Positions 58,771-61,737 of a DNA stretch of 61,737 nucleotides are shown piece by piece. The DNA lies in assembly GCA_030656075.1 (NCBI GenBank), contig JAUSOT010000147.1:1-61737 (forward strand). The letters are read 5' to 3'. Source of the DNA: Candidatus Cloacimonadales bacterium. GTDB lineage: Bacteria; Cloacimonadota; Cloacimonadia; Cloacimonadales; TCS61. A program made the position numbers and the translations under genes. The notes beneath the pieces are model-generated. The model ran no database searches and was not told where the DNA came from. It saw only the letters and a list, made by a program, of their open reading frames with translations. Position 1 is the stretch's first letter. Each line of letters opens with the position of its first letter.

Positions 58771-58827
58771 TTTCAGTCTCCATTTTTTTATGAATAAACT
58801 AACCTAAAACCAACGAGTTGCAAACTG
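58704..58827. repeat. Left copy of a >=123-bp perfect direct repeat (5' end and upstream region of the feoA-like gene)
   Basis: gatgctgatgctttccgcattctttaccgcc...aaccaacgagttgcaaactg matches 61615..61737 over every base that can be compared. The right copy is cut by the window end. Confidence 0.92.
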
Positions 58828-59189
58828 TTCTCATTTACCGCCTGTGTCAAGTTTGGTCTTTATATTTCTCCTTCATTTCCCATTATTAAGGATTATTCTC
58901 GCTTAACCCTGCCAGCGTTTCATTCAAAGAATCTTCCTGCTTAACGCTGTCAGGGTTTCTTTCAAAGCATCATTTGCATCTTTTGTAAATTGCTCACCCA
59001 AGTCGAGTTTTTGAAGAACCCGACTCGATTGAGATATTGTGCTTGACTGCTAACATTCGATTTTATAAATAATTCCATATAATAAAAATGAAAGCAGAAA
59101 TAAGCAATGAAACGAAGAGGAAGGTGGTTGTGATGGGTAAAAGAAAAAATAAACACCATGGCATTTTGAAACCGAATCATTATCATATT

Positions 59190-59259
59190 AAAACGAATTA
59201 TATCGTATCATTGCACATCGAATATTTATCGGATAAAAACGAATCATATCGTATCACTG
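59190..59259 (+). promoter_or_regulatory. Direct 24-bp repeats (candidate operator or iterons) upstream of the Fic gene
   Basis: aaaacgaattatatcgtatcattg (59190..59213) and aaaacgaatcatatcgtatcactg (59236..59259), 46 bp apart. A weaker third copy is near 59168. ttggtatattt lies just before ATG 59286. Confidence 0.4.
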
Positions 59260-59285
59260 ATAACTAAAATTGGTATATTTGTTTT

Positions 59286-60326
59286 ATGGAAAATATAGTG
59301 CACACTTTCAAACTAAACCTCGACTGGAAATTAGTAGGACTAATTAGCCAAATTGATAGATTTGATGCTTCGTGGGCTTCAATAGAAAAAAAAGAAGGTC
59401 AAAGTTTAAAACAACTAAAATCAATCGCAACGGTAAGAAGTGTTGGGGCTTCGACTCGAATTGAAGGTTCCAAAATGAGTGACAAAGAAGTTGAAGTTCT
59501 ACTCAAACAAATTGATATTACAAAACTTTCAGATAGAGATTCACAGGAAGTTGTGGGATACTTTGAAACTTTAGATATTATCACGGAATCATTTGAAGAT
59601 ATTGCCATTAAAGAAAGTAGTATTAAAAATCTGCATAATATCTTAATGAAATATAGTAAAAAGGATGAATGGCATAAAGGTGATTACAAGCAACACACGA
59701 ATGCAGTTGAAGCCAGCTATCCTGATGGGGCTAAACAAATAATTTTTCAAACGGCCGAAGCAGGATTCGCAACACAAGATGCAATGAGAGCTTTAATTGA
59801 CTGGTACAAAAAAGATAAAACAACTCACCCATTAGTTAAAAGTGCATTGTTTGCGTATGAGTTTGTTAGCATTCATCCTTTTCAAGATGGAAATGGCAGA
59901 TTAAGCAGGCTCTTATCAACTTTGCTATTATTGAAAAATGGATATAAATGGATTCAATATGTAAGTTTTGAGCATGAAATTGAAAATAGGAAATCAGAAT
60001 ATTACAGAGTATTAAGAAGTTGTCAGGCTCAAAGACCAAATGAAAATGTAAATGATTGGGTAAATTTCTTTTTTGATGCATTAAAGAATATTCAAAATCA
60101 GTTATTAAATAAACTGGAACAAAGCGGTATTGAGACACAATTATCACCAAGAGAAAAATCTATTATCACATTTATTGGCAATAATCCTGGATGTAAATCA
60201 GGAGATATTGCTAAAAAGCTTGATATACCAAGCCCAACCGTAAAGAGAATTCTACCTGAACTGATAAATAAAAATTTAATTGAAAAGCATGGAACTGGAC
60301 CCGGGACAAATTACTCAATAAAATAA
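59286..60326 (+). CDS. Fic family protein (class II, with N-terminal inhibitory motif and C-terminal winged helix)
   Basis: Fic motif HPFQDGNGRLSRLL. Inhibitory-helix motif [ST]xxxE[GN] present as STRIEG. C-terminal wHTH (GDIAKKLDIPSPTVKRILPELINKNLI). Confidence 0.9.
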   Translation: MENIVHTFKLNLDWKLVGLISQIDRFDASWASIEKKEGQSLKQLKSIATVRSVGASTRIEGSKMSDKEVEVLLKQIDITKLSDRDSQEVVGYFETLDIITESFEDIAIKESSIKNLHNILMKYSKKDEWHKGDYKQHTNAVEASYPDGAKQIIFQTAEAGFATQDAMRALIDWYKKDKTTHPLVKSALFAYEFVSIHPFQDGNGRLSRLLSTLLLLKNGYKWIQYVSFEHEIENRKSEYYRVLRSCQAQRPNENVNDWVNFFFDALKNIQNQLLNKLEQSGIETQLSPREKSIITFIGNNPGCKSGDIAKKLDIPSPTVKRILPELINKNLIEKHGTGPGTNYSIK

Positions 60327-60331
60327 AAAAA

Positions 60332-60943
60332 ATGAAAGCAGAAATTAGCAATGAAACGAACGGCTTGACAATGGCAAAACAACAAATTGAGACAGTTAGA
60401 GAATTGATTTACTTATCATACTCGAATTTGGCAATGGCTCATACTGCTGTTGACAAGAAACAAGAGAAATATGGAGCGTTTAACTTCATGGTTAGATCCA
60501 GATTATTCAAAGGGCTTAAAGATGGAACGATGAATATGCGGACAATTTTTGACGATGAGAAAATCAAACTTCAAACTGGACAGATTTGTAATTATTGCGG
60601 TTCGACAGATAAGTTAGCTTTAGATCATATTTTTCCTCAGAAGTTTGGAGGAAAGGACGATGCAGAAAATTTAATTTTTGCATGTAGAGTTTGTAATAGT
60701 TCCAAAGGGAAAAAAGACTTAATGGAATGGATGAATTTTAGGGGTCAATTTTTACCATTAATGATAATCAGACGCTATTTAAAGCTGACTTTTAATTATT
60801 GTAATGAGAACGGACTTTTAGACAAAAAAATTGAGGATTTGAAAGACTTGGAATTACCTTTTAAAATTGACTTGTTGCCAATAGATTTTCCAAGTCCTAA
60901 CGAATTGATATTAAACATTAACGCAAATAGAAACGCCATATGA
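60332..60943 (+). CDS. HNH endonuclease
   Basis: CNYCGSTDKLALDHIFPQKFGGKDDAENLIFACRVCNSSKG (CxxC...DH...N...CxxC HNH zinc finger). Confidence 0.8.
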   Translation: MKAEISNETNGLTMAKQQIETVRELIYLSYSNLAMAHTAVDKKQEKYGAFNFMVRSRLFKGLKDGTMNMRTIFDDEKIKLQTGQICNYCGSTDKLALDHIFPQKFGGKDDAENLIFACRVCNSSKGKKDLMEWMNFRGQFLPLMIIRRYLKLTFNYCNENGLLDKKIEDLKDLELPFKIDLLPIDFPSPNELILNINANRNAI

Positions 60944-61707
60944 GTAATAAACTCGAAATTGGAGAAAAAATATTTGCGACCAAAAAGGACGCATTAAATC
61001 ACTTTAAGACTATTTTGAATTCTTACGACTTTGGAGAAAAATTAAACCAAGACGACTTTAAAAACATTTTAGAGTTACTTGAAACTCATCCAAAAGTTAA
61101 AGAAAAAATTGGTGTTGGTATAGAATGCATTAGAATTGCAAGGCTTAAATACAACACAAAATCATTTGAATTGGTGAGGACGGACAATTCGACCGAATAT
61201 TTTTCATACACAAAAAGAATAAATGCTCCGAAAACTTACTTTACAAAATTCAGCGAAGCTTGTAGACAAGCAATTCAAAAAGATTTAAGAAACGTAAAAC
61301 TTGCCTATTTTGACAAATTTTCTAAGAAAGGACAGGTAAAGTGCCAGGAGACAGGAGAACTTTTGAAATATGAAGATCTGACCGTTGACCACAGACAGCC
61401 TAACACTTTTTCAATTATTGTCGACAGATTTATAGAAGTTTACAAAATTGACATTCAAAAAATAGAGTATTTACAAGTTGACGGTGGCTCAGACGAACTT
61501 GCAGATGAAGACCTGAAACAAAAATTTAGAGAATACCATAAAGATAAATCCAATCTTCGGATTGTAAAGAAAAGTTTAAATTTAGGACGTTCATTTCAAG
61601 CGAGAGTTAAAAGGATGCTGATGCTTTCCGCATTCTTTACCGCCGCCGCCTTTGCCAAATCCTCTGCCTATTCCAAACATTTTCAGTCTCCATTTTTTTA
61701 TGAATAA
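60940..61707 (+). CDS. DUF3223 (DCL-like) domain protein with C-terminal HNH-like module; the 3' end reads into the direct repeat
   Basis: N-terminal FATKKDALNHFKTILN...ETHP...VGIECIRIA...FELVRTDNSTEYFSYTKRI resembles DUF3223. Then C..TGE...TVDHRQP...NLRIVKKSLN (H-N-N). The last about 30 codons (MLMLSAFFTAAAF...) are antisense to the duplicated feoA-like 5' end, so the true C-terminus is uncertain. ATGA overlap with the HNH gene. Confidence 0.6.
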   Translation: MSNKLEIGEKIFATKKDALNHFKTILNSYDFGEKLNQDDFKNILELLETHPKVKEKIGVGIECIRIARLKYNTKSFELVRTDNSTEYFSYTKRINAPKTYFTKFSEACRQAIQKDLRNVKLAYFDKFSKKGQVKCQETGELLKYEDLTVDHRQPNTFSIIVDRFIEVYKIDIQKIEYLQVDGGSDELADEDLKQKFREYHKDKSNLRIVKKSLNLGRSFQARVKRMLMLSAFFTAAAFAKSSAYSKHFQSPFFYE

Positions 61708-61737
61708 ACTAACCTAAAACCAACGAGTTGCAAACTG
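61615..61737. repeat. Right copy of the >=123-bp direct repeat (window ends inside it)
   Basis: Matches 58704..58827. On the minus strand it carries a second copy of the promoter-proximal region and the first 22 codons of the feoA-like gene. Confidence 0.92.

Noticed and set aside
59088-59267. 59-codon ORF upstream of Fic as a possible antitoxin.
   Set aside because: Its first 9 codons duplicate the start of the HNH gene. The rest overlaps the iteron-like repeats. The Fic protein already carries its own inhibitory STRIEG motif (class II), so no separate antitoxin is required. It is kept only as part of the duplication finding.

Overview
A 61.7-kb chromosomal window from an AT-leaning bacterium. 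About 55 genes are well supported. No rRNA, tRNA, CRISPR array, transposase or integrase was seen. Three secreted enzymes end in T9SS-type sorting domains (NYPNPFNP..ISF...GIY.Y(R/K)LK). Intergenic DNA is packed with short palindromic repeat families. Both traits fit an FCB-group or Cloacimonadota-like organism, but that assignment is inference only.

Gene content, left to right:
- 0-21.5 kb, housekeeping: YfhO fragment, rsmI, lipid kinase, rarA, TPR protein, radical SAM protein, GNAT, S9 peptidase, an RsbW-like kinase/GNAT fusion, the CIRCE-controlled hrcA-grpE-dnaK-dnaJ operon, rsmE and cca.
- 22-26 kb: a secreted NlpC/P60 operon, then a TIR-like (Cap12/PF10137-type) gene translationally coupled to a PLP enzyme.
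- 26.7-37.6 kb, metal island: fur, feoAB, a porin, a T9SS protein, an FMN-binding protein, a methyltransferase, a DUF1007/NicO pair and a 5'-truncated second feoB. It looks like a replacement insertion.
- 38.8-42.2 kb: rluA-family synthase, HAD hydrolase and sdpRI.
- 42.3-58.2 kb, metabolic supercluster: split lysine-ketoglutarate reductase and saccharopine dehydrogenase, a CitD-CitE fusion, two CitF paralogs, a homoisocitrate/isocitrate-type dehydrogenase and two fused LeuC-LeuD hydratases.
- 58.3-61.7 kb: an orphan feoA-feoC pair, then an AT-rich 2.9-kb island (Fic, HNH, DUF3223-HNH) bracketed by a direct repeat of at least 123 bp that runs to the window end.

Most interesting hypotheses:
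1. The metabolic supercluster encodes a reverse alpha-aminoadipate route for lysine catabolism, ending in a homocitrate-lyase-like cleavage.
2. The repeat-flanked Fic/HNH/HNH island is a mobile toxin or defence module.
3. The TIR-like gene is an orphan effector coupled to a PLP enzyme.
4. Palindromic repeat elements sit in frame inside coding sequences, repeatedly in the same loop of T9SS C-terminal domains.
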